A stretch of 64,000 nucleotides of DNA from Candidatus Altimarinota bacterium (GTDB lineage: Bacteria > Patescibacteriota > Gracilibacteria > CAIRYL01 > GCA-016699755). Where the stretch lies: NCBI GenBank assembly GCA_963664295.1, contig OY760935.1:608001-672000 (forward strand). The letters run 5' to 3'. The translations under genes and the position numbers were made by a program. This document shows, piece after piece, positions 38,128 through 48,400 of the stretch (position 1 is the stretch's first letter; each line of letters opens with the position of its first letter). Under the pieces are notes generated by a model that saw only the letters and a list, made by a program, of their open reading frames with translations, did no database searches and was not told the DNA's origin.

Positions 38128-39117
38128 ATGTCAAAAATAATCCATGATGCAGATGTAAGCACAAATGTAATAGAAGGAAAAACTATTGCAGTAATCGGCT
38201 ATGGCGCTCAAGGAAGGGCACAAGCAAGAATGATGCACGAATCTGGACTTAATGTTGTTGTTGGTTTGCGTGAAAACGGCCCAAGCTGGCAACAAGCCCA
38301 GGAAGACGGTTTAAAAACAAATCCAATTAGTGAAGCAGTAAAAACAGCGGATATTATTCACATTCTCATCCCAGACGAACATCAGCAAGATGTATATGAA
38401 CAAGAAATCGCACCAAATCTAAAAGAAGACGCTACTCTCAGCTTTTCGCATGGATTTAATATTGTATACAAAAGAATTACTCCACCAGAAGGAGTTGATG
38501 TGATTATGGTTGCACCAAAATGCCCAGGAACAGAAGAATACAAAAGATATTCAGAAGGTTTTGGCGTTCCTGCGCTAGTAGCTGTGGGTCAAGATGCTTC
38601 AGGCCAAGCGCTTAACAAAGCCCTTGAAATGGCAAAAAAAATGTACTTCACAAAAGCTGGCGTCATGCAATGCACTTTTGAAGAAGAAACTTATGAGGAT
38701 CTTTTTGGTGAACAGGCTGTGCTTTGCGGTGGCTTGGCGCAACTTATTAAATATGGCTTTGAAACATTAGTTGAAGCTGGTTATCCACCAGAGTTTGCCT
38801 ATTTTGAGTGCTTACATGAAATGAAGCTTATTGTTGATCTTGTTTACGAAGGAGGTTTTTCAAAAATGAATGAAGTGGTCTCAAATACAGCAGAATATGG
38901 CGGTCACACTAGAGGATCTCGTGTTATTGGACCAGAAGTAAAAGAACGCATGAAAGAAGTCTTAAAAGAAGTTGAAAATGGCACTTTTGCTAAAGAATGG
39001 ATGCATGAAGCACGCGAAAACAAAATGCAAAAACTTTTTGAATATCGCAAAAAAGAAAGCGAACATCCGATTGAGCAAGTGGGTAAAAAAATTAGATCTT
39101 TGTTTGAAATGGATTAA
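38128..39117 (+). CDS. ilvC: Ketol-acid reductoisomerase
   Basis: IGYGAQGRAQA, FSHGF, DLFGEQAVLCGG, AYFECLHEMKLIVDL, SNTAEYG. Confidence 0.97.
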   Translation: MSKIIHDADVSTNVIEGKTIAVIGYGAQGRAQARMMHESGLNVVVGLRENGPSWQQAQEDGLKTNPISEAVKTADIIHILIPDEHQQDVYEQEIAPNLKEDATLSFSHGFNIVYKRITPPEGVDVIMVAPKCPGTEEYKRYSEGFGVPALVAVGQDASGQALNKALEMAKKMYFTKAGVMQCTFEEETYEDLFGEQAVLCGGLAQLIKYGFETLVEAGYPPEFAYFECLHEMKLIVDLVYEGGFSKMNEVVSNTAEYGGHTRGSRVIGPEVKERMKEVLKEVENGTFAKEWMHEARENKMQKLFEYRKKESEHPIEQVGKKIRSLFEMD

Positions 39118-39947
39118 GTTGCTTCCGTTGGAGCACTACCAGGAAAAAGAAAATTACTTACTGGTGCATTGTTTCCGCTAGCGCCTCCACCAGCATTAAT
39201 AATCTTGCCAGCAATTCCACTATTTGCCACTCTTGATCCCCAATTTACATAAGAATCAGCAACAGAAGTGCCAATTTTGAGTATATCTGTGCTGGTATCT
39301 TTTGTGAGCTCACCAAATCTACCCCAGCGCTCTTTGACCCAGTTCATAGTGCGATCTGTTTTGGCTTGCTCTGCTACTTTTAATCCTGGTAAACGACCAA
39401 GGGTAAAATTCCACATCTTATTTAAACCAAGTGCATTGCGAGTACCATTAACAACATCAGCCACAGCACCAAAAGCAACTCCTGGAGCTTCGATAGCGCT
39501 TAATGCTGTTGATTTTACCCCATCCAAAGCCAAATCTTTTGCGCTCATGGTAGCATTAAAGGCATTTTTTGTTGCCATCAAAGGAGCGCCAATAGCAACA
39601 TCTTGAATACCACCAACGCCAATAGCCAAACCCGTTTCCGCTGTATCTTTACTAACACCTAAAACCGCCCCTAAGCCTTTACGAGTACCGCTAATAATAC
39701 CATTAAAAGGTGTTTTTCCTAATTGCCATAAGCCATTCGCCAAGCCCAAAGTTGCATCAACAGCAAGACCAGCAGGCAACATAGCAATTGCCAAACCTCT
39801 AGTTCCTGCGTCTAATATTATATTACCATGGGCTGAAGTTAAGAAATCTTTTGCAACACTAGTGACTGGCATTTTTGATAAAGCACCTCCCTCATTAAAA
39901 ATTTTTTGATATTTTGAGCCAGTAAATTGAAATGGTATTTGATGCAT
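39114..39947 (-). CDS. Gly/Ala-rich hypothetical protein
   Basis: 277 aa of amphipathic/hydrophobic small-residue helices; co-oriented with the two giant genes upstream. Confidence 0.7.
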   Translation of the reverse strand: MHQIPFQFTGSKYQKIFNEGGALSKMPVTSVAKDFLTSAHGNIILDAGTRGLAIAMLPAGLAVDATLGLANGLWQLGKTPFNGIISGTRKGLGAVLGVSKDTAETGLAIGVGGIQDVAIGAPLMATKNAFNATMSAKDLALDGVKSTALSAIEAPGVAFGAVADVVNGTRNALGLNKMWNFTLGRLPGLKVAEQAKTDRTMNWVKERWGRFGELTKDTSTDILKIGTSVADSYVNWGSRVANSGIAGKIINAGGGASGNNAPVSNFLFPGSAPTEAT

Positions 39948-39982
39948 TTTATTTTAATTAAATTTTTTATTTATAAAGTTGT

Positions 39983-42900
39983 TTAGTATTCTGACAGTTT
40001 ACTTCCTAATTTTTCCTTTACCTCTTGTTGGTCCCTGAGAGTATTATTTAATGATAAACGGTTCAAGTTGCCTTTAGATAATTTTTCTGCGACTTCTGAA
40101 CTTATGGAAGTAAGTCCGTATAAATGCAAATGACCCAAGTTGCCTTTAGCTAATTTTTCTGCGACTTCTGGAGTTATGGAAGTAAGTCCTTTTAAATACA
40201 AATAATTAAAGTTGCCATTAGCTAATTTTTCTGCGACATCTGGAGTTATGGAAGTAAGTCTGTCTAAAGACAAAAAAGTCAAGTTGTTATTAGCTAATTT
40301 TTCTGCGACTTCTGGAGTTATGGAAGTAAGTCCGTCTAAATGCAAAGAAGCCGAATTGTTATTAGCTAATTTTTCTGCGACTTCTGGAGTTATGGAAGTA
40401 AGTCCGTCTAAAAACAAAGAAGTCAAGTTGTTATTAGCTAATTTTTCTGCGACTTCTGGAGTTATGGAAGTAAGTCCGTCTAAATACAAACGACCCAAGT
40501 TGCCATTAGCTAATTTTTCTGCGACATCTGGAGTTATGGAAGTAAGTCCGTTTAAATACAAATAATTAAAGTTGCCATTAGCTAATTTTTCTGCGACATC
40601 TGGAGTTATGGAAGTAAGTCCGTCTAAAGACAAAAAAGTCAAGTTGTTATTAGCTAATTTTTCTGCAACTTCTGGAGTTATTGAAGTAAGTCTGTTTAAA
40701 TGCAAAGAAGTCAAGTTGTTATTAGCTAATTTTTCTGCAACTTCTGGAGCTATGGAAGTCAGTCCGCTTAAATGCAAAGAAGTCAAGTTGTTATTAGCTA
40801 ATTTTTCTGCAACTTCTGGAGTTATTGAAGTAAGTCCGTTTAAATACAAAGAAGTCGAATTGCCATTAGCTAATTTTTCTGCAACTTCTGGAGTTATGGA
40901 AGTAAGTCTGTTTAAATACAAATAATTCAAGTTGCCTTTAGCTAATTTTTCTGCAACTTCTGGAGTTATTGAAGTAAGTCCGTTTAAATACAAAGAAGTC
41001 GAATTGCCATTAGCTAATTTTTCTGCAACTTCTGGAGTTAGGCTTTTTAAAGCTTGAATATCACTATATGAAAAATTACCCTCTAATATTTTTTGATATA
41101 ATTGTAATTGTTCTTGTTCATCTTCACTAGAAGCTTCTTCTGCTTCCGCAGGCATTTCATCTCCTATATCATCAAGTAAATCATCTATTGCTTCATTTTC
41201 TGTATCTGATAATCCTGTTAAAACATCACCTACTTCTTCTTCCGTGATCTCAGCATCTTCTTCTAGGCCTAGTTCTAAATCCTCTTCGTTTGCGCTTTCT
41301 GGTGCATCATCAATTTGCGATGCATCAATCACCTCTTCAGAAGCAGAATCATCAACCTCTGACCATTCTGCATCTACCACCTCATCAGAAGGGCTTGTTT
41401 GTAATGATGACTGCTGTTGCTGTGAATCTGCCTCTTCTTGAGCTGGTTCTGAACCTAATTCAGAACCTAAGCCTAGATCGTCAGCATCTTCTTCTGCCAT
41501 TGCCTGTATATCTAGCTCTGCTTTTTTTTCGTTTGCGCTTTCTGGTGCATCATCAATTTGCGGTGCATCAATCACCTCTTCAGAAGCAGAATCATCAACC
41601 TCTGACCATTCTGCATCTACCACCTCATCAGAAGGGCTTGTTTGTAATGATGACTGCTGTTGCTGTGAATCTGCCTCTTCTTGAGCTGGTTCTGAACCTA
41701 ATTCAGAACCTAAGCCTAGATCGTCAGCATCTTCTTCTGATTCTTGTTCTGCTACTTCTGCTTCTGTTTCTAGGTCTAAACCTAGATCGTCAGTGTCTTG
41801 TTCTGATTCTTGTTCTGCTACTTCTGCTTCTGTTTCTAGGTCTAAGCCTAGATCGTCAGCATCTTCTTCTGATTCTTGTTCTGCTACTTCTGCTTTTTTG
41901 TTGATCACAGCAGTCTCTGTTGCATTATCTAGGCCTATTATTTCACCTTCAAATTTAGCCAAAGCTAAAATAGCTGCATCATCACTTACTGATAAGCCTG
42001 AAAACATTATTGATCCAACTGTAGATTGTGCCAACTCTTTTATTGCGTTAGGAGTTATGACTTGAAGGTCATTCAAAATTAAAACATATCCATTATACTT
42101 TGCTAGTTCTTTTGCTTCTTCAGACTCTAATTTAGCCAAGCCCTCAATTTTCAAAGTGTAACCATTAAAACTTGCTAGCGCAATAGCTATCTCAGGACTC
42201 AATTGATTAAAACAATTTACAAAACAAAGTTCACTTACAACAGCCTTGCATAACTCCTTCATTACAAGTGGGCTAATATGTGTAAGACTTTTAAACTGAA
42301 GTCGATTTTTTATAAAACCTCCTAATATTTTTGCTTCATCAAGTTCTAACCTACGAAGTTTATCAAAATCAATATTTCTAAAACCTGAGAATTTAATCTT
42401 GTGAGCAATATCTACAGTAAGCTCTTCTATGTTTTCTATGTCATCTTTATTAAAATCACCGCTTAATATTCTTTGCTTTATTTGTTCTTGTTCATCTAAA
42501 CTTTCATTTGCTTCTTGATCTACACTATTCAGCAAGTTATCTAAATTATCTTGACTTAATGCTCCCTCTTCATCGAGTTCTCTCGACGCTCCTATATCTG
42601 TATCTAAGTCTAAGCTTGGTGCTAGTTCTTGTGGGCTTGGTTCTGACTCTGGGGCAGACTGTGGCTGTGACTGTGGCTGTGGTTCTGGCTCTGGGGCAGA
42701 CTGTGGCTGTTGCTGTGGTTCTGGCTCTGAGGCAGACTGTGGCTGTTGCTGTGGTTCTGGCTCTGGGGCAGACTGTGGCTGTTGCTGTGGTTCTGATCTT
42801 GTTGCATTAGCTCTTCTTTGATTTGATACATCCTCTACTTCTACAAAATTAGCCACTTCTTCAAAAAATCCAAGTGTTTTCTTTGGCAAATCTCCACCAG

Positions 42901-45412
42901 GATCATTATCCTTCCCTCTTCCAAACTGAAACCATTCACCCAAAGTCTCTATTATTGGACCTAAAACTTTTCCCGTTCCAGATGCAATATATTTAGCGCC
43001 AATATTAATTGGGCTAATACCTTTTTTCAAGCTTTTGTCTACTTTCTTTATTTTCTCTGCAATTTTATTATTAATATTAGCTGCATAAGGATTACCTTGT
43101 TTTTTGCTAAAAGGATAATGTTTGTCAATAGCAGCTCTTCTAGTTTTTTCTCCAATTTTTTCCAATAATTCAACTCTCTTGCCCTCTGCTTCTTCTCCAT
43201 AAATTTTTTCCAAAATATCATCAAGATTATCAGCATTAACTTGCTCTTTAAATTTCTCAAATACAGCTTTTTTGCCATAATGCTCAATTTTTTTTCTTTT
43301 CGCAATTGGCAATTCATTAACCATTCCCTCAAGATTGGTTAAAATCGTATCTTCTTCAAGACCTAATGCGTCTTGCATTATTGTTAAAATACTTTCTGAG
43401 TCTAATTTTTTAAACTCAACTTTGGACGGAATATCCATTTCTTCTGGTTTAACCGGCTTGCCATCGCTCGTTTTGCCAGCATAAAAAAGTTTCTTAAAAT
43501 TAAGTTCATTGTTGCCTAAATTGCTTATAGCAATTTGATACAATAATTCTTTTATTTCTGGTAAATCCAAGCTTTCTTTCAGTAGCGCAAGCGCATAAAA
43601 ATGCTCCTTGTAATCAATTGCTTCGCTCAATTTAGATAATTTTTCAGGAGTTTCAAAAATATCTTCCATTAAATTGCTCATAAAAGCATCACCACTTATA
43701 AGTTCTTTGCTGATTTTTTTATCATTCATCCAAAAAGGCTTCCCATTCGGTTGCCTTGCTTCAAACTTGCTATAGTCTTGTCTACCTACTCCTTCTGCTT
43801 CCAAGTCATCAGCAGCTTCCATAAGCATCACAAACGCCTCTGATTTTGTATAATTTCTTCTCCAAAGCTTAGTAATATTTACAAAATCTGCCACCTCATA
43901 AGCTCCTCGACCAAAATTAGCGAAAATACTATCTCTAGAATTTTCAATTATATTATCAATAGCGCCTGTGCCACTAAAAACCTCTTTGTCGCTTTTTACA
44001 GAGGTAATATTTCTTACAAGAGAATTTAAAACACCCTTTCTAAGATCATCCCTGGTTCCTGTTCTTAAATCACCAAAATACGAAGCATTACGACCTTGTA
44101 CTCCTATTTTTTTAAGCATATTTGGTAAATTTCCATTACCAACACCTGGCAAATTTCTAGTCAAGTGATTTACTGCCATTTTTCTGTCTTCCTCGTCTTC
44201 GTTACTAAGAGAAGCTCTAACTATCCAGTCAATAATCACATCTAATCTTCTTTGGATTTCTATTGGTGGATATTTTTCTAAATTATTTCTGGTTCTATTT
44301 ACTGCTTCTTGTTGTTGCAGATTTGTTTCTTCTTCGTCCCCTTGTGATAATCTCTCTTTTTTTGATGTTAATTTTTCTATTGTTTCAGCTTTGTCAGCAT
44401 TTGCAAGACCGAGCTCATTTGGAAACAGTTTTTTAATTTCTGCTTTTTCTTGATCACTAAATTTTTTAGAAGCAAGTATGCGAACTGCATCATTTCCCTC
44501 AAAACTCGCTAACTTATCTGTTAATTTTGTAAGCTTATTTGCTTCTTTTAATTTTTCTTTAATTTGCTTTTTGTCACCTTTTACTTGCGGAATACTTCCA
44601 AATCTTTCAGTTTCAAACAAAGTATCTAATTCTTTTTTATTAAAAAAACTATTATTTGTAGAACCTCTTCTGTGTGCACCTCTTAATGCATTTGTTGTTG
44701 CAAAAACACCAGCAAATGCCCATGGTCCTAGAGCATAAGCAGGAAGCGCTGCCACAACAGCACCAAGAGCCAAACCTCCCACAGCAGTTGTTATAGCGTT
44801 ATCAGCTGCTATCTTCCAAGGCTCTTTAATCTTTGCTTGACGATATCCTTCATAAGAATTATATACAAGCGGTGTTGCCATAAGCACAGACTTACTAAAA
44901 ACAACAGAACCAAGACCTTTGAAAAAAGCAGCAAAAGCTGACATACCCTCTTTGCTTGCTTCATTGATTACATCTTGCACCCCTGTTTCACCTAATGTTT
45001 CCTGAAGATATTGTTCCATTTCTGGAGGTAATTCAAACTCATCAGCTTGCTCTTGAGCCAAGGCCGAAGAAGACAAAGCAGTTGCTGTTGTCACTGTTGC
45101 CAGTCCAGTTGCACCTCCATATTTAATAACCTTGCTAATTTTTTGCGCCAAACTAGTTTCTTCTGGTTCCAAAACTGGATTTTTATTTTTATCATCACCC
45201 AATACATCAGCCATTTTTTCCCTATTATCAGCCATAGGAGTCACAACTCCCTCAGCTAAAGTAAAAGTTTTTTCAAGCTCTGCTTTTGTAATTTGCCCTG
45301 CTTGTTCTATTTGTTCTGGTGTCAGATTTTTTGCATCCAACCCAGCTCCCTCTTGAGCTTCTTGTAAAGGATCTGCTGTATTTTTGCCATCACTTCTGTT
45401 TATTGATGTCAT
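39983..45412 (-). CDS. Giant mosaic protein: N-terminal hydrophobic segments, helical core, P/Q/E linkers, two LRR domains
   Basis: Uninterrupted 1809-aa ORF with C-terminal 24-aa LRR repeats (LxxLxLxGLTSITPEVAEKLA). Confidence 0.85.
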   Translation of the reverse strand: MTSINRSDGKNTADPLQEAQEGAGLDAKNLTPEQIEQAGQITKAELEKTFTLAEGVVTPMADNREKMADVLGDDKNKNPVLEPEETSLAQKISKVIKYGGATGLATVTTATALSSSALAQEQADEFELPPEMEQYLQETLGETGVQDVINEASKEGMSAFAAFFKGLGSVVFSKSVLMATPLVYNSYEGYRQAKIKEPWKIAADNAITTAVGGLALGAVVAALPAYALGPWAFAGVFATTNALRGAHRRGSTNNSFFNKKELDTLFETERFGSIPQVKGDKKQIKEKLKEANKLTKLTDKLASFEGNDAVRILASKKFSDQEKAEIKKLFPNELGLANADKAETIEKLTSKKERLSQGDEEETNLQQQEAVNRTRNNLEKYPPIEIQRRLDVIIDWIVRASLSNEDEEDRKMAVNHLTRNLPGVGNGNLPNMLKKIGVQGRNASYFGDLRTGTRDDLRKGVLNSLVRNITSVKSDKEVFSGTGAIDNIIENSRDSIFANFGRGAYEVADFVNITKLWRRNYTKSEAFVMLMEAADDLEAEGVGRQDYSKFEARQPNGKPFWMNDKKISKELISGDAFMSNLMEDIFETPEKLSKLSEAIDYKEHFYALALLKESLDLPEIKELLYQIAISNLGNNELNFKKLFYAGKTSDGKPVKPEEMDIPSKVEFKKLDSESILTIMQDALGLEEDTILTNLEGMVNELPIAKRKKIEHYGKKAVFEKFKEQVNADNLDDILEKIYGEEAEGKRVELLEKIGEKTRRAAIDKHYPFSKKQGNPYAANINNKIAEKIKKVDKSLKKGISPINIGAKYIASGTGKVLGPIIETLGEWFQFGRGKDNDPGGDLPKKTLGFFEEVANFVEVEDVSNQRRANATRSEPQQQPQSAPEPEPQQQPQSASEPEPQQQPQSAPEPEPQPQSQPQSAPESEPSPQELAPSLDLDTDIGASRELDEEGALSQDNLDNLLNSVDQEANESLDEQEQIKQRILSGDFNKDDIENIEELTVDIAHKIKFSGFRNIDFDKLRRLELDEAKILGGFIKNRLQFKSLTHISPLVMKELCKAVVSELCFVNCFNQLSPEIAIALASFNGYTLKIEGLAKLESEEAKELAKYNGYVLILNDLQVITPNAIKELAQSTVGSIMFSGLSVSDDAAILALAKFEGEIIGLDNATETAVINKKAEVAEQESEEDADDLGLDLETEAEVAEQESEQDTDDLGLDLETEAEVAEQESEEDADDLGLGSELGSEPAQEEADSQQQQSSLQTSPSDEVVDAEWSEVDDSASEEVIDAPQIDDAPESANEKKAELDIQAMAEEDADDLGLGSELGSEPAQEEADSQQQQSSLQTSPSDEVVDAEWSEVDDSASEEVIDASQIDDAPESANEEDLELGLEEDAEITEEEVGDVLTGLSDTENEAIDDLLDDIGDEMPAEAEEASSEDEQEQLQLYQKILEGNFSYSDIQALKSLTPEVAEKLANGNSTSLYLNGLTSITPEVAEKLAKGNLNYLYLNRLTSITPEVAEKLANGNSTSLYLNGLTSITPEVAEKLANNNLTSLHLSGLTSIAPEVAEKLANNNLTSLHLNRLTSITPEVAEKLANNNLTFLSLDGLTSITPDVAEKLANGNFNYLYLNGLTSITPDVAEKLANGNLGRLYLDGLTSITPEVAEKLANNNLTSLFLDGLTSITPEVAEKLANNNSASLHLDGLTSITPEVAEKLANNNLTFLSLDRLTSITPDVAEKLANGNFNYLYLKGLTSITPEVAEKLAKGNLGHLHLYGLTSISSEVAEKLSKGNLNRLSLNNTLRDQQEVKEKLGSKLSEY
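40040..41038 (-). repeat. 72-bp coding tandem repeat, 13 full + 1 degenerate LRR units
   Basis: Framework GCTAATTTTTCTGC(A/G)AC(T/A)TCTGGAG recurs every 72 bp. Confidence 0.97.
41285..41896 (-). repeat. Acidic linker repeats: ~212-bp near-perfect duplication (41285-41496 / 41528-41739) plus three 66-bp units
   Basis: DADDLGLGSELGSEPAQEEADSQQQQ...APESANE occurs twice; AEVAEQESE(E/Q)D(A/T)DDLGL occurs three times. Confidence 0.92.
42636..42797 (-). repeat. 36-bp coding tandem repeat (QQQPQSAPEPEP x4-5)
   Basis: GGCAGACTGTGGCTGTTGCTGTGGTTCTGGCTCTG recurs. Confidence 0.92.
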
Positions 45413-45465
45413 TTTTTGTTTTTAATTTTTGTTTTTATTGCTATTTTTTGTTTTTATTTACTAGG

Positions 45466-48400
45466 TTACCTCGAGAGAATATTGGCAAGCACGAATTCTA
45501 ACCAATTTTTCATGCCACTTTTTGTGTATTGACCGCCCACACCTTGAGATGGATTTTGCAATATAAGATTTTTAAATATTACTTTAAATTTTTCTGAATT
45601 ATCCTGCATCAATATTTGTCCTTTCTTCGGATCAACAGATTTAAATGATTTACCCTGAACTAAATTTGCATGGGCTTTTTTGAAAACCTCATCTCCCAAT
45701 TTATCAACCATTTCCACTGTCCATGGAATTTTTTTGTTTCCATTTTTTTCTAAAGACTTTTGAATTTGATCAAAACTGATTATTACTTCTGGCAATCTTG
45801 ATCCTTTTTTAATATTAAAATCATTCAATTTAGCACCTTCGAGCAATGTATTTCCATCTTTAAAAAATTTATCAACATTATCACCAACAAATGGAATAAG
45901 GGAACCAGTATCACCAGCAAAAGAATTTAGCCTTTGAAAAAGATCAACACCTTTTCTTTCCCCAGCAGTAAGTTTATCAGCCCCATAGTCAAGCAACTTG
46001 TCCACACCAAGAAGATTAACCAAAAACAATCTACATATTTCACCTTGTGTAATAGAATCTTTTGCAAGATCAGTATCTTCTCCAACTGCTTTTCGAATCT
46101 CTGTAATCAAAGTATTAAAACTCTTCGCAGTAGAGCTATTTGCAGTAGTAGGATCAAAAAGATATTCCAATGCCAAATCCAAATCACCTGGACGAACAAA
46201 TCCATAAGCCTCTTGCACTTGTTTATGAATTCCTGCATCTTTTACCGCTTGTTTTAGGGCATCTGCGCTACTAATTGTCACCTCTTTTTCAGGATTCTTC
46301 ATGCTACTCAACATATTGACATAGCCCCCAACCACATTGAATGAAAAATGCCTAAGCAAAGTCAATGCTTCTGGCAATTTTTCTGCACTAAATTCCAAAG
46401 CCCAACCAGCAGTCTCAAAAGGCAACTTAGCTGTTTTAAGAATAAGCCCGTCTGTTCCAGGCGTACCCATAAGCAATCTATAGGTCTTGCTTCCTTGTGC
46501 TATTTCTATGTATTCTTTTCCTTTTTCTATTCCTGTATCAACTATGTTCCAGCCCTTGTTTGCCATATCTTTCACAAATGGTATTGCATCTTCTTTGAAA
46601 AATTTTTTCAAAAGAGCAATAACCACAGGCAATTTTTCTTTTCCACTTCTAGCAACATCTTTAAGATAAGGCACTGCTGTAGCCCAAGCTTCGCCAAATT
46701 TTTGTGTGACAAAATCGGTAATATCTCTGTTTTTCTCAAGACTACGATTAAAGTCTTGTTTGTCAATTGCTAATGCCAACAAATTACCAAAAGTAACCTT
46801 TTCTTTTGCCTTTCTGTTAAACAAATTACTATTGCTCATCATTTTTTCTGCTACTTTTATACCCTCTTCAACACTAGGTTTTTTGTATTTTGACCTCTCC
46901 ATAGAAAGATCTTTAAAATACAACTCCAAAAGACCAAGAGAAATCATAGCAAGATCAGCCTGCTTACTTTCTGTTGTTGAGCCTGGCAAATCTTCAATAA
47001 AAATCTTCAATTCATCAGGCATGCCATTCATTATAACCTCACCCGCATTATCCACTTGAATTTCTGATGCTCTTGTTTTTTTATGCCAATCCAAAAGCTT
47101 GTGCATTTCAATATCATTCATTGCCTTCATCAATCTTGGACTTTGTTTTGATTCCAATGCTTTCTGTTGCCATGCTGTTGGATTTAGTTCTTCTTTTTTC
47201 CAATCAAGTTTATCTAGATAAATCTGAAAAATTGCTCCTTCTTGTCCTTTTTCCTCACTAAACAAGCCAATTTCCTCAAAAATATCATAGCCATTATATT
47301 CTTTAATAAACTCACGCAACAAAACTCCACCAAAAATATACTTACCATATTCTCCTAATTTACCACCACCAAAAGCAACTTTGTAAATTCCATACAAAAT
47401 TCCAACTGCAGTAGTCATTTTCAATGGGTCGCCAGAAGTCACCATATCCATCCAAGTATCAAAACCTCTTTCCATAAAATCCGGATCCAATCCGCTTTGT
47501 TCTGCATTATAATAATCAGAAAGAGTTTTTTGATAATTATCCATTCTGCTTAATAATTCACCCTGCAAAAGCTTCAAAAGCTCAGTATTTTCAATCAAAG
47601 CACCACTAGCCTGGCTTGTATTTTTTGCTTCTGGGTTAATTTTTCTTTGCATTACATCATTATGCATAACCAAAAACTTCTCTAGCATACTTGAGTTCAC
47701 CTCCTCTTCATTAAACTTTCCTTTTTCATCAAACCATAAATGAGGATCAATAATGTTTGCCTGACCATTGCCCTCCTGCCCAAAATAAAGACGGATAAAT
47801 TTTTCTCTTGTTGCGCGCAAATCCACTCCTGTTTTTTTCTCAAAAGCCTCTAGTTGCAAATTTCTTAATCTTTCTGTTAATTTTTTTGTTTCAATTTTCT
47901 TAAACTTTGCCAAAGCTTCACTTAATCCCGCTAAGCCAGAGCTAGTAGGCTCACTACTGCTAAGGCCTTTTGCAACTTGACTATATAACAAGTTTGAATT
48001 AGTGTTTAAACTTGTAATCATATTGCCAAGCTCAACATAGCCATAAAAACAAGCAAACAACAAAAACTCCTTCACTTTTGGATCAGCAGGCTCTGGAATA
48101 CCTGAATCCAGCCATAATTTTCTTTCAATATCATCAAATCTCTTCCTTAACTCTTTGCGCTCAAGTGCTTTTTCAAAAATATTCCAATAGCTACCACCCT
48201 TATCAAGAGGTTTTGACTCTGGAGATCTTCCTTGAAATGTCTTTTGCCATTTTAGATTTTCTTTGAGCCCATCTATTTCTTCTTTTAGTTGATCAACTTC
48301 TCTTTTGTCGAGTTCATATTCAAGAACTGATTTTAAATACTCCTTTCTTAATTTATCCAATTGAGTTGCATCAGGTGATGTCTTATTTTTTTCTTTATTA

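Noticed and set aside
40040-41038. DGR adenine mutagenesis as the source of LRR variation (many variable codons are NNT/NNC, compatible with AAY templates)
   Set aside because: Synonymous adenines in the scaffold (GCA GAA AAA TTA) stay fixed, some changes are not A-derived, and there is no reverse transcriptase or template repeat in the window. A genome-wide RT/TR search would settle it.
40212-41904. Plus-strand repetitive ORFs (40212, 40572, 41290 etc.)
   Set aside because: Antisense shadows of the repeat regions of the 1809-aa gene.
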